Below, piece by piece: positions 38,686-47,051 of a DNA stretch of 64,000 nt. Under the pieces are notes generated by a model. It saw only the letters and a program-made list of their open reading frames with translations. It was not told the origin of the DNA and ran no database searches. Where the stretch lies: the sequence record LC680884.1, one strand, 5' to 3'. The translations under genes and the position numbers were made by a program. Positions within the stretch are counted from its first letter, which is position 1. Each line of letters begins with the position of its first letter.

Positions 38686-38691
38686 GATAAT

Positions 38692-39906
38692 ATGTCATTA
38701 AATATCATAGAGACATATCTAACTCCTAATGGAGAGCCAAGAAAGGGGAACAGACCACTGTTCCTCATTCTTTTTAGTTCTGAAAGATCGGGTTGTTCCA
38801 TTTATGATTTAGATAGAGAAGATAAATATGAGAATGGAAAGACTATGTTTAGAGGTCATTTTTTTATCTCAAAAGAAGGTGTTATTTTTAGAGGAAGATC
38901 TTTAGATACAATTGGCGAATTTGCTCATGATGATCAAACAGGAATGGACTTCAATAGAAATAGTATTGGAATTTGCGTAGAAGGTGATTATACATCCGAA
39001 TTAATGCCAACTATACAAAAGAATTCAATTGTTTTACTCATACAATACTTAAGAAATAATAATTCTACTCTAAAAACTATATACGCTTTAGATGAGATTC
39101 TTACTGATAAAAGCAATCCAGGAATATTCTTTCCATTGAATGAGATTATAGCCAATGTACTTAATGTGTCAATTGAGCCTGTAAGAAAAGCACCTAATGG
39201 GTTATTGAGATATGCATTTGGTAACAGAACACTATACTTTGATTCAAAAAAACCTGTCACTGGTAATGATGTAACAGAATTACAAACAATGTTAAATCTA
39301 TTTGGATTCAACTGTGATACTAATGGATATTTTGACAATACTACCATGTTAGCAGTACTTAATTTCCAAAAAAGCTATAACTTAATTCCAGATGGAATAG
39401 TTAATGACGAGACTTTTAGTCTTATAAAGAAATTATCATTAAAATTTTTTGAAAATAGAATGACCTTTTCTAGAATATTATACTTTGATAACAATAATCA
39501 GTTATATGGAAATGATATTAAGCGATTACAGAATAGATTACAGCTTTTAGGTTATGAATGTAACTCTAATGGTTTTTATGATAGTAGTACTGAATCTGCG
39601 GTTAAAAATTTTCAGGAATCACATTCATTAACTGTAGATGGAAAAGTTGGACCAATTACATGGAGTCAAATTACTGACACAAGTTTTACTTTTATAAAAA
39701 GGACACTTATGTATACTACTCCTATGTTATTTGGTGATGATGTTCGTTTAGTACAGCAACGTTTAAATGACTTAGGCTATATATTAGAACCTACCGGATG
39801 GTTTGATGAGACTACTATGCAAGCAGTTATTAAATTTCAATCATCTAAGGGAATGAAAGCTGATGGGATTATAAATGATTCTACAGCGAAGCAATTATTT
39901 AAATAA
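38692..39906 (+). CDS. Amidase_2-fold domain (catalytically degenerate) + three PG_binding_1 domains
   Basis: GHFFISKEG.IFRGR...NSIGICVEGDY...NPG.FFP; three G.DV..(L/V)Q..L..LG...G.FD..T..AV..FQ....L..DG.V units. Confidence 0.8.
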   Translation: MSLNIIETYLTPNGEPRKGNRPLFLILFSSERSGCSIYDLDREDKYENGKTMFRGHFFISKEGVIFRGRSLDTIGEFAHDDQTGMDFNRNSIGICVEGDYTSELMPTIQKNSIVLLIQYLRNNNSTLKTIYALDEILTDKSNPGIFFPLNEIIANVLNVSIEPVRKAPNGLLRYAFGNRTLYFDSKKPVTGNDVTELQTMLNLFGFNCDTNGYFDNTTMLAVLNFQKSYNLIPDGIVNDETFSLIKKLSLKFFENRMTFSRILYFDNNNQLYGNDIKRLQNRLQLLGYECNSNGFYDSSTESAVKNFQESHSLTVDGKVGPITWSQITDTSFTFIKRTLMYTTPMLFGDDVRLVQQRLNDLGYILEPTGWFDETTMQAVIKFQSSKGMKADGIINDSTAKQLFK

Positions 39907-39936
39907 GCAAAGACTATAAGAAAGTCTTTGCTTATT
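39902..39936 (+). terminator. Intrinsic terminator
   Basis: AATAAGCAAAGACT-ATAAGAA-AGTCTTTGCTTATT. Confidence 0.8.
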
Positions 39937-39950
39937 CTATTATAAAAATT

Positions 39951-39963
39951 AAATATATATTAT
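39951..39963 (+). promoter_or_regulatory. Early-type promoter motif AAATATATATTAT
   Basis: Exact 13-mer upstream of the RNAP beta' gene. Confidence 0.75.
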
Positions 39964-39999
39964 TTTTATGATTATAGTTTTAGAAAGGGGAGAAGATTG

Positions 40000-40038
40000 T
40001 TGGCAAAATTTAAAAAATTTTACTTGCGCAGAGAATAG
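40000..40038 (+). CDS. Micro-ORF (M)AKFKKFYLRRE, 12 aa
   Basis: SD AAAGGGGAG 7 nt before TTG, first ORF after the early motif. Confidence 0.3.
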   Translation: MAKFKKFYLRRE

Positions 40039-40131
40039 AAAACAGTTATAATAGAGATAGTGTATTTTAGATTTAAAAAAAAAGAAAATTTTCAAGTGTA
40101 TTAGAAAGATAAAATAGGGGGAAAACAGAAT

Positions 40132-41250
40132 ATGGGGAAGAAACTATCCTTAATCGATTTTAATGAGATTTACAATGAGGAGAATTTAATTACAAGAGCT
40201 AATCCAATTGAAAATCATGAATTCTCTGATGATGGTATTTACTCAGAAAGGATATTTGGTAGTTATAATGAAGACGATGATGATAAGGATATAGATACTA
40301 TTGGATGGATTAATATTGAACCTTATTATATTATCAACCCAATCTTATTTACTATCATCAAAAAATGTATTCCAAGTATTAATAAAATTATTAACTACCA
40401 ACAGTCTATTGATCAAAACGGTGAGAATATTGATCTAACAGAAGAAATTGGGGAAGATGATTATATCGGGTTAGTAAAGTTTAAGGATAATTTTGATGAT
40501 CTCCTTGAAAAATACACTGATAAAAAGAAATATCAAAAAGAATATGATTTCTTAATTGAAAATCATGATAAGATTTTTATTAATAAACTACCAGTATTTT
40601 CACACAAGCTTAGACCAGCTACATTATTAACTGGGAGTAAAGGAAAAGTATTGGCATTTGATGAGATTAATAATTACTACAACTTTGTTATTGAGTACAT
40701 AAACCAGATTAATGAGGGTGTAGTATCTGATGACAGCATTGATTTACTATTATTACCATTACTTTATAATATGCAATTCTATGCCAATAATATCCTAACA
40801 AGAATTATTAGTGAATACCTTCGAGGTAAAAAAGGATTTCTAAGAAAGAATATTATGGGTTCTAGAATCAATTTTAGTGCCAGAAATGTTATTACACCAT
40901 TAATTGGTCATCCTATTGATGAAGTTGCTATGCCTTATAAAACGTTCGCAGAACTTTATAAGTTTCAGCTTATCAATCTTATCAGTAAAGTAAAAGGTAT
41001 AAATTATAATGAAGCACTAAAATTTTGGGAAAAAGGCATACTAGGATTTAATCAAGAGTTATATAACTATATGGAAGAACTAATTACAAAAACTAAAGGT
41101 GGTTGTACATTTTTACTTAACCGTAACCCTACTATTAGTATTGGTAGTATTTTATACCTAAAGATTGGTCTTATTAAAAAAGATTATAAAGACTTAACAC
41201 TGGGAATTAGTAATAACTTATTGTCTGCATTATCAGGCGACTATGACGGT
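40132..41250 (+). CDS. Multisubunit RNA polymerase beta' N-terminal subunit (non-virion type), exon 1
   Basis: DGIYSERIFG, LPVFSHKLRP, GKKGFLRKNIMGSRINFSAR.VI, NRNPT and GDYDG motifs; 373 codons end at GGT (41250). Confidence 0.92.
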
Positions 41251-42147
41251 AAGGCGATTGCCGTCTTTAAACCTCTTTAATTGTCTGGGAAGCTAAGTCA
41301 TTTAAGATATGCCAACCAGCAGCCAAGACTATACATTGCTCTGAAAGAAGCTAATTAGAATGGAACTAATATGGAAAGAAATAATAGGATTTGAAGGTCT
41401 ATATGAAATAAGTAATACAGGTTTAGTGAAATCACTTAAACGAGAAGTTAGTGGAAAACTAAACAGTATTCGAATAATAGACGAAAAAATTCTTTCCTCC
41501 ACAAATAATGGAAAAGGTTATCTTGTAGTCACATTATATAGGGATAAAAAACGTTATTACAAAAAAATACACAGATTAGTAGCAGAAGCATTTATTGAGA
41601 ATTCAGAAAATAAACCAGAAGTAAATCATAAAGATGGTATAAAAACTAATAATTGTGTATCTAATCTAGAATGGTCTACTACAAAAGAAAACTGTAATCA
41701 CAGACAAAAAACTGGTTTAGGAAATATCAATAATGCTACTAAAGCAAAATATAAACCTATAGCTAAGTTAGATCTAACTACAGGGGAAATAATTAGTACC
41801 TATAAAAGTGTAAAAGAGGTTGCTAAAGAATTTGACTGTAAAATAGATGCAATAGCAAGAGTAGCTAGAGGTCAAAGAAATTCCTATAAAGGCTATGGTT
41901 TTAAATACATTTAAGTGGAGCAATGTATAGTAAGGTTCAACGACTATCGAAAACACGGATATTCGAGAAATACGGTATCTGGAAGTGAGTAGAGTACAGC
42001 CTAAGCTAATGAGGTAGCGAAAGCTTTAAATGGAAAAGGGAGGAACTATTAATTTGGTAATAGAATTAATAGTTAAGATATAGTCTGATTCTAACAGAAA
42101 TGTTAGCCCAATGGTATGAGAGGTTGCGCTCTTATATAAACTAAATG
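41251..42147 (+). mobile_element. Group I self-splicing intron (897 nt)
   Basis: P1: exon GACGGU pairs with GCCGUC, with U.G at the splice site. R element GTTCAACGACTA (~41935) and S element AAGATATAGTC (42075). 14-bp stem 41328-41341/41918-41931 encloses the ORF. Terminal G at 42147. Splicing restores DYDG-D in frame. Confidence 0.93.
41360..41914 (+). CDS. Intron-encoded NUMOD4-HNH homing endonuclease
   Basis: WKEIIGFEGLYEISNTG.VKS (NUMOD4); HRLVAEAF...VNHKDG.KTNN...NLEW.T..EN (HNH); C-terminal S..E.A....IAR (NUMOD1-like). Confidence 0.93.
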   Translation: MELIWKEIIGFEGLYEISNTGLVKSLKREVSGKLNSIRIIDEKILSSTNNGKGYLVVTLYRDKKRYYKKIHRLVAEAFIENSENKPEVNHKDGIKTNNCVSNLEWSTTKENCNHRQKTGLGNINNATKAKYKPIAKLDLTTGEIISTYKSVKEVAKEFDCKIDAIARVARGQRNSYKGYGFKYI

Positions 42148-42309
42148 GACGTATTGAATATCATTCCAGTATTTGATAATAAGATGAAAGAACATTTCTC
42201 ATTATTATCACCACAGAATTTCTTAGTAGACAGAAATAACGGGCGGTTTAATGGAGATTTTGATCTACAGAAAGATCAAATTTTGGGAATCTTTATTCTA
42301 AATAATTAA
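42148..42309 (+). CDS. RNAP beta' N-terminal subunit, exon 2 (spliced product 426 aa)
   Basis: DVLNIIPVFDNKMKEHFSLLSPQNFLVDRNNGRFNGDFDLQKDQILGIFILNN*, 53 aa; supplies the third Asp of the catalytic motif. Confidence 0.9.
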   Translation, partial: DVLNIIPVFDNKMKEHFSLLSPQNFLVDRNNGRFNGDFDLQKDQILGIFILNN

Positions 42310-42319
42310 ATAGAAGAAA

Positions 42320-42360
42320 AATAAATATAAAGGATAATATTATTATCCTTTATATTTATT
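42320..42360 (+). terminator. Terminator-like hairpin
   Basis: 19-bp inverted repeat AATAAATATAAAGGATAAT/ATTATCCTTTATATTTATT. Confidence 0.7.
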
Positions 42361-42374
42361 AAAGGGGATTAAAA

Positions 42375-42716
42375 ATGGATATTAAAATAGTTGAATCAAG
42401 ACTAAGAAAATATGGTGTTATAGTAACAAAAACATCAAGATATTCTCCTCCATTTAATGAACTTCAGCATAAATGGTTAGTCAATTTATATACTGCAAAT
42501 AAAAGAAGATGGTGGTTTGGATACACTCTCAGGCATATTAAAGAAGTTAAAACAGACTGGTTCTCACCAAGTTTAGAATCAGATAATATGCTTGTTAGAT
42601 TTATAAAGGATGAAATTGAATATATTGAATCAACAATATTGAAAGAAGATAAAAGTAAAGCTAAGATTAATAGAATAAAAGAAAATTACAATAAGTGGGA
42701 TGGTAAAATTGATTAA
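42375..42716 (+). CDS. Hypothetical protein (paralogue of the next gene)
   Basis: SD AAGGGG; Q.KW...Y...K...DN.L...NY..W..KI pattern shared with 42700-43023. Confidence 0.7.
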   Translation: MDIKIVESRLRKYGVIVTKTSRYSPPFNELQHKWLVNLYTANKRRWWFGYTLRHIKEVKTDWFSPSLESDNMLVRFIKDEIEYIESTILKEDKSKAKINRIKENYNKWDGKID

Positions 42717-43023
42717 TAAAAAGGATTTAAAGGAAATTAAAACAGATAAAGGTACTTATTATGCTAATGTAATTAGGAAGATATCAGGAGAACAATTTAA
42801 ATGGAAAATCACTATATACGAAAAAGTAAAAGGTAAAATATTTAGAAAATATAAAGCATTAACAAGTACAGAAACCATTTGGTACTATAACACAAATGAC
42901 TATTATTTAAAAGATGATAATTATTTAATTCATAAAGTAATAGAATTAATACGTAGTTACGAGAGAAATAAAGTTGAAATTATAGAGGATAATTATTTGA
43001 ATTGGAATCCAAATAAAATTTAA
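42700..43023 (+). CDS. Hypothetical protein (paralogue of the previous gene)
   Basis: 107 aa, overlapping the previous stop. Confidence 0.7.
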   Translation: MVKLINKKDLKEIKTDKGTYYANVIRKISGEQFKWKITIYEKVKGKIFRKYKALTSTETIWYYNTNDYYLKDDNYLIHKVIELIRSYERNKVEIIEDNYLNWNPNKI

Positions 43024-43035
43024 GAGGTGAAATAA

Positions 43036-43218
43036 ATGGCGTGGGGGATATCACCTAATGCAACAAAAAAAGAAAAACTAAAAGCTGAAATGGCTGATTT
43101 TCTAAATGGTTTAAACTCAACAGGGGAAATAAGCTATAGTATATATAGTGAAATGTTTGATTATTCTATGAACTTACTTGATGAGATGTATGAATTAAGT
43201 AAGTCAGAAAATAAATAA
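43036..43218 (+). CDS. Hypothetical protein
   Basis: SD GAGGTG; 60 aa. Confidence 0.7.
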   Translation: MAWGISPNATKKEKLKAEMADFLNGLNSTGEISYSIYSEMFDYSMNLLDEMYELSKSENK

Positions 43219-43248
43219 GAGATACTTGATGATTGTGAGGTAATTCTT

Positions 43249-43584
43249 TTGAAAAAATTAGTTATTGTGGGATTATTATCAGCCTTATTAGTAGGATGCA
43301 ATCAAGTAAACACCAATACTACGATAGATAATAAAAAACCATCAACTAACACATATAAAGAATATTCAACTATAGATAATTCAACAATAATTGATAAGGT
43401 AAAAATAGAAAGAAAAGGAAAAAATTCAAGAGATACATTTAAGATTATTTTATCTGATTCAGGAGATAATAGAGAATTATATGCAGGAAGTGAAGAGGTT
43501 TTTAAATCACTCAAGAAGGGCGACAAAATTAATGTATCTTATGATGAGGAAGATTATATTAGAGAAATAAAATTCTTAAATTAA
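43249..43584 (+). CDS. Lipoprotein
   Basis: MKKLVIVGLLSALLVGC lipobox; OB-like C-terminus (FKSLKKGDKINVSY). Confidence 0.75.
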   Translation: MKKLVIVGLLSALLVGCNQVNTNTTIDNKKPSTNTYKEYSTIDNSTIIDKVKIERKGKNSRDTFKIILSDSGDNRELYAGSEEVFKSLKKGDKINVSYDEEDYIREIKFLN

Positions 43585-43596
43585 TTAGGAGAAATT

Positions 43597-43851
43597 ATGA
43601 CAACTAAGACATTAGACATATTAAAATTGTTGCGTTCAAAGTCTATTATTGATATGGATTTCATGATTGCTGAATTGTTGATTAAGGATAATTCAGAAAA
43701 GACTAAAAAGAAAATACAATTCATTGCTAGAATAAGAGCGAGATTTAAGGGTTGGGAAAAGAATTACAAAATACCTAATATTAATGGGTTAGGAAGACCA
43801 CTTACAAAATATGAAATGTTAGAGATTGTTAATGAGGGAATGTATGACTAA
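43597..43851 (+). CDS. Hypothetical protein
   Basis: SD AGGAG; 84 aa. Confidence 0.65.
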   Translation: MTTKTLDILKLLRSKSIIDMDFMIAELLIKDNSEKTKKKIQFIARIRARFKGWEKNYKIPNINGLGRPLTKYEMLEIVNEGMYD

Positions 43852-43895
43852 AAAAAAAATAAAGGTTGAAATTAATCAACCTTTATTTTTTTTTT
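43851..43895. terminator. Bidirectional intrinsic terminator
   Basis: A-run, ATAAAGGTTGA-AATTAA-TCAACCTTTAT, T-run, between convergent genes. Confidence 0.85.
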
Positions 43896-45573
43896 CATAC
43901 TTAAATACCATATTACCACAATCCCATATTCTATAGAAATTTGTGTTATCCATTATTTCAAACTCTGTTAAACCATTATCATATAGCTCAGGAAATTTAT
44001 TTTTGAGTTCCTGTTTTCTAAAATTAAATCTATGAATTCGTTTAGTACCATCATTTCTATCCACATACCAGTAATTTGGTCGGCTATTATGAGTATATTC
44101 AAAATCATTCTTAATATATACATTTCCTTCAGACCATCTAATATCAGCATATGTTATAATGCTATCATATTCATAATTCTTAATAAAATATTTAAATAAC
44201 TTTCCAAATGCACCTATAGCACGATAGTCCCTATCAGTTGCAAATCTACTAAGTTCATAATCAAATTCTCCTTTATGTTTTGAACCTAGTGCTAATCTTC
44301 TTTTAACAAATGTCATAATAGCAATTAATTCATCACCATCTTCTTTTGGAAGCCATAATCCTAATTTAATACTAGCATTATCTTTTCCTTGGATATGATT
44401 CCGTTCTAAGAATTCATTTTTAAGAGAACTATCAATTTCCTCAATATAACATTTTCTTGCATATATTTTTTCTTGATTATTTATTCCAAGAATATGAAGA
44501 AGTTTGAATTTAACTAACTCATTTTTGTTAACCCATTCATCTTCAAATACATGAATAAGTCTTACTCCATGTTCCTTGCATTTTCTAGTCTTATCGATAT
44601 GATAATTCTTTCCTTTATGTTTTTCATTGTGCCAATATAAACCGTCATATTCAATGGCTATTTTCAATTCTGGTAAATAAATATCTAACTCTTTACCATT
44701 TAATATTGTTCTATTTCTAAGAATTATTTCACCTTTATAATTTTCTGAAATAAAATCTATAATTTCTTTTTCTCCTTTGGATTGTGTGAATATATTAGAG
44801 CATTTTGGACATCCTTCACCGTTAAGTCTATTGTTAGGATCTGCCTTCCATTTATTATTACAAATTAAACATTTATGCATAATTGGAACACGTCTACCTT
44901 TATATTCTTCTAATGCTATAAGATTTCCGTTAAATATTTCATTTAATCTTTCTTGATAATTTTTATTACTTCTTTTCTTATTATTACAGGAAGGACAATA
45001 TACCTTATTCTTAGTTACTAATATATTACCTGCAATTGCAGTAAAAATATAATTGCATTTTTTACATTTTAATTTACATTTACCAGATAATTTAGTAAAT
45101 TCTAAAATTTCATATGGTAAGAAACCATATTTTTCTTTTATTTTTTCTTCAAAGTGTTCAATATCTTTAGTGTTAGCTATATTTGATCTCTTTTGACCAC
45201 ATGTTCTACACATATGATATCTGAGTCCATCTTCTTTTATAGCGCCGTTTTTCATATTTGAACGTTTAATATCAAAGGTATCTTTACAAAAATTACAGGT
45301 AACATTGTATTTACCATCCTTAAAAGAATTAATTATGTAAGGATAGTAACCACATATTTTAAATAATTGATCATTTATTTCTTTTACAGTTTCTTCAAAT
45401 GATTTCTTTTTAAAATTATTAATTAAAAAATTTTTTACTTCTTCATTATAATACTTTTTAACACCCTTAGAAAATGATGACTCTATATTATTTTTTGTCA
45501 TAAATCTTTCTAGTGTTTTAATTGCCTTTCCTGTTAATTCTGCTAATTCTTTTTTAGAATAAAAGTTTTCCAT
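43876..45573 (-). CDS. Free-standing Hef-like homing endonuclease (HTH + Zn ribbons + DUF559/Vsr-like nuclease + GNAT-like C-terminus)
   Basis: Multiple CxxC pairs; ELDIYLPELKIAIEYDGLYWH; YARKC..., NHIQG, ELSRF, TYADIRWS.G.VY, IWDCG. Confidence 0.8.
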   Translation of the reverse strand: MENFYSKKELAELTGKAIKTLERFMTKNNIESSFSKGVKKYYNEEVKNFLINNFKKKSFEETVKEINDQLFKICGYYPYIINSFKDGKYNVTCNFCKDTFDIKRSNMKNGAIKEDGLRYHMCRTCGQKRSNIANTKDIEHFEEKIKEKYGFLPYEILEFTKLSGKCKLKCKKCNYIFTAIAGNILVTKNKVYCPSCNNKKRSNKNYQERLNEIFNGNLIALEEYKGRRVPIMHKCLICNNKWKADPNNRLNGEGCPKCSNIFTQSKGEKEIIDFISENYKGEIILRNRTILNGKELDIYLPELKIAIEYDGLYWHNEKHKGKNYHIDKTRKCKEHGVRLIHVFEDEWVNKNELVKFKLLHILGINNQEKIYARKCYIEEIDSSLKNEFLERNHIQGKDNASIKLGLWLPKEDGDELIAIMTFVKRRLALGSKHKGEFDYELSRFATDRDYRAIGAFGKLFKYFIKNYEYDSIITYADIRWSEGNVYIKNDFEYTHNSRPNYWYVDRNDGTKRIHRFNFRKQELKNKFPELYDNGLTEFEIMDNTNFYRIWDCGNMVFKYEKKNKG

Positions 45574-45607
45574 TTAATAATATTCCCCCATTTTATATTA
45601 TACAATT

Positions 45608-45620
45608 ATAATATATATTT
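45608..45620 (-). promoter_or_regulatory. Early-type promoter motif
   Basis: Exact AAATATATATTAT, 35 nt upstream of the endonuclease ATG. Confidence 0.75.
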
Positions 45621-45673
45621 GTTTAATGGTACTTAATTATTAAATGGAAAACTAAAATAAAATTATCTAAATT

Positions 45674-46879
45674 TTACTCAATATATTTATCTATATCAAG
45701 ATTTACAACTTTTAGTGTCATATCGTGAAATGCTTTTAAAGATGCGTTGAGCAAAGAAGTCCCAATACGGTTGGAAATTATTCCAACATTCCTAATACCT
45801 AAACGATAGTAGAGTTCTCCCGCACATTTACTACAATATTGTTTATTTAAACAATATAAAGGACTTCTAATCTTGATTATCTTACCAATATAGTTGTTAA
45901 TATTATCAGAAGTCAATAATACTAGTTTATTATTTTCTACAATATACCTATACATGAACATGTTTGCATTACCTTTATTAAGTTCAATGGTTATCGTCTT
46001 TTTCGTATGACAATCAGATCCTTCATCATCCAAAACGATATTTTGGAAGGCAGCACTAAGTTTCTTAGATTCATAACCACCTTCTCTAGTACCAACAGCA
46101 CGACTGTATGATGCTTGAGTAATAATATCAGAATAATATTGAATCTCTTCAGGAGGTATTCCTTCCATTAAAGAAGCGTCTGAGATATGAACCTGATCTG
46201 GATTTGCCAAGTTTTTAATTGCGCCCCTTAAAAGAGTGGTATTCTTATAGTTGTTACCAAAACTTCCACGAGCACCACTAGCATAAATTTGATAGTCAGG
46301 AATATCAGATACTCTTCCTTTTGCATCAGCTACTAACTGTTTTTCAATTTTATTAATAGCAATTAAATCGCCAGATTCCAATGCTTTTTTATGCTCTTGA
46401 ATTAATTTCTTTTTAAGAGCATCTGTTTCTTTAGGAATCTCTAGTAGATCATAAGTTAGTGATGCATTTAAGAATTTTGCAGTAATAAATCCAAGCCATT
46501 GTAATTTGTCAATATAATCTGCAAATTCTTGCACTGTAATTTTATCTTCAATCAAATATTCAGAGAGAGTATTTTCCAATCCACCAATATTACCATCATC
46601 AAATGAAATATTTTGGTATCCTACTAATTGAATAATCTTAGGGGATAACATAAATAAATTAAAAATATATCTTCCAACAGTTGTTGTCATACTTTTATCA
46701 TTATATAATCTACCCTTTGGTAATACAAATATATCATTTGGCTTGAACATAGCTTTTGTATTCTTTTTATTAGCGAAAAGTTTTTCTAGCATTTCTAATG
46801 TAATATCTTCCTCAGAAAGAGAAAATAAAAAGTCTTTATCCTTTTCCGAAATAGATATTGGTTTTTGTACTTTTTCCAA
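45674..46879 (-). CDS. Multisubunit RNA polymerase beta' C-terminal/middle subunit (probably virion RNAP)
   Basis: TTVGRYIFN; bridge helix TREGGYESKKL...DC.T; Zn site IRSPLYC...CSKCAG; trigger loop NVGIISNRIGTSLLNASLKAFH. Confidence 0.88.
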   Translation of the reverse strand: MEKVQKPISISEKDKDFLFSLSEEDITLEMLEKLFANKKNTKAMFKPNDIFVLPKGRLYNDKSMTTTVGRYIFNLFMLSPKIIQLVGYQNISFDDGNIGGLENTLSEYLIEDKITVQEFADYIDKLQWLGFITAKFLNASLTYDLLEIPKETDALKKKLIQEHKKALESGDLIAINKIEKQLVADAKGRVSDIPDYQIYASGARGSFGNNYKNTTLLRGAIKNLANPDQVHISDASLMEGIPPEEIQYYSDIITQASYSRAVGTREGGYESKKLSAAFQNIVLDDEGSDCHTKKTITIELNKGNANMFMYRYIVENNKLVLLTSDNINNYIGKIIKIRSPLYCLNKQYCSKCAGELYYRLGIRNVGIISNRIGTSLLNASLKAFHDMTLKVVNLDIDKYIE

Positions 46880-46910
46880 TTATTTCAACCTCCATATCTC
46901 TATATGTCTC

Positions 46911-46922
46911 TATTCTATTGTT
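46911..46922 (-). promoter_or_regulatory. Late-type promoter motif
   Basis: AACA-ATAGAA-TA on the minus strand, ~30 nt before the RNAP TTG start. Confidence 0.6.
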
Positions 46923-46941
46923 CATAGTAAATGTAAATTTT

Positions 46942-46954
46942 AAATATATATTAT
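46942..46954 (+). promoter_or_regulatory. Early-type promoter motif
   Basis: Exact 13-mer; faces only a micro-ORF and then the antisense strand of 47052-47744. Confidence 0.65.
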
Positions 46955-46993
46955 ATTAATGATAAAAGTTTTATTAATATGGAGGTTTTTCAC

Positions 46994-47035
46994 TTGGGAA
47001 AAGATATTACATTAGAAGCATTAGTTAATAAATAG
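46994..47035 (+). CDS. Micro-ORF (M)GKDITLEALVNK, 13 aa
   Basis: GGAGG SD 8 nt before TTG, directly behind the early motif. Confidence 0.4.
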   Translation: MGKDITLEALVNK

Positions 47036-47051
47036 TGAAGATAACGATAGA

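Noticed and set aside
38692-39906. Call as an active endolysin
   Set aside because: All four amidase catalytic positions appear substituted.
41251-41280. C-terminal KAIAVFKPL of the 382-aa RNAP ORF
   Set aside because: Read-through into the intron; the real protein continues in exon 2 at 42148.
31092-46943. Nested or antisense ORFs 31092, 31759, 34851, 38988, 41774, 43302, 43968 and 46743
   Set aside because: Shadow ORFs over supported genes.
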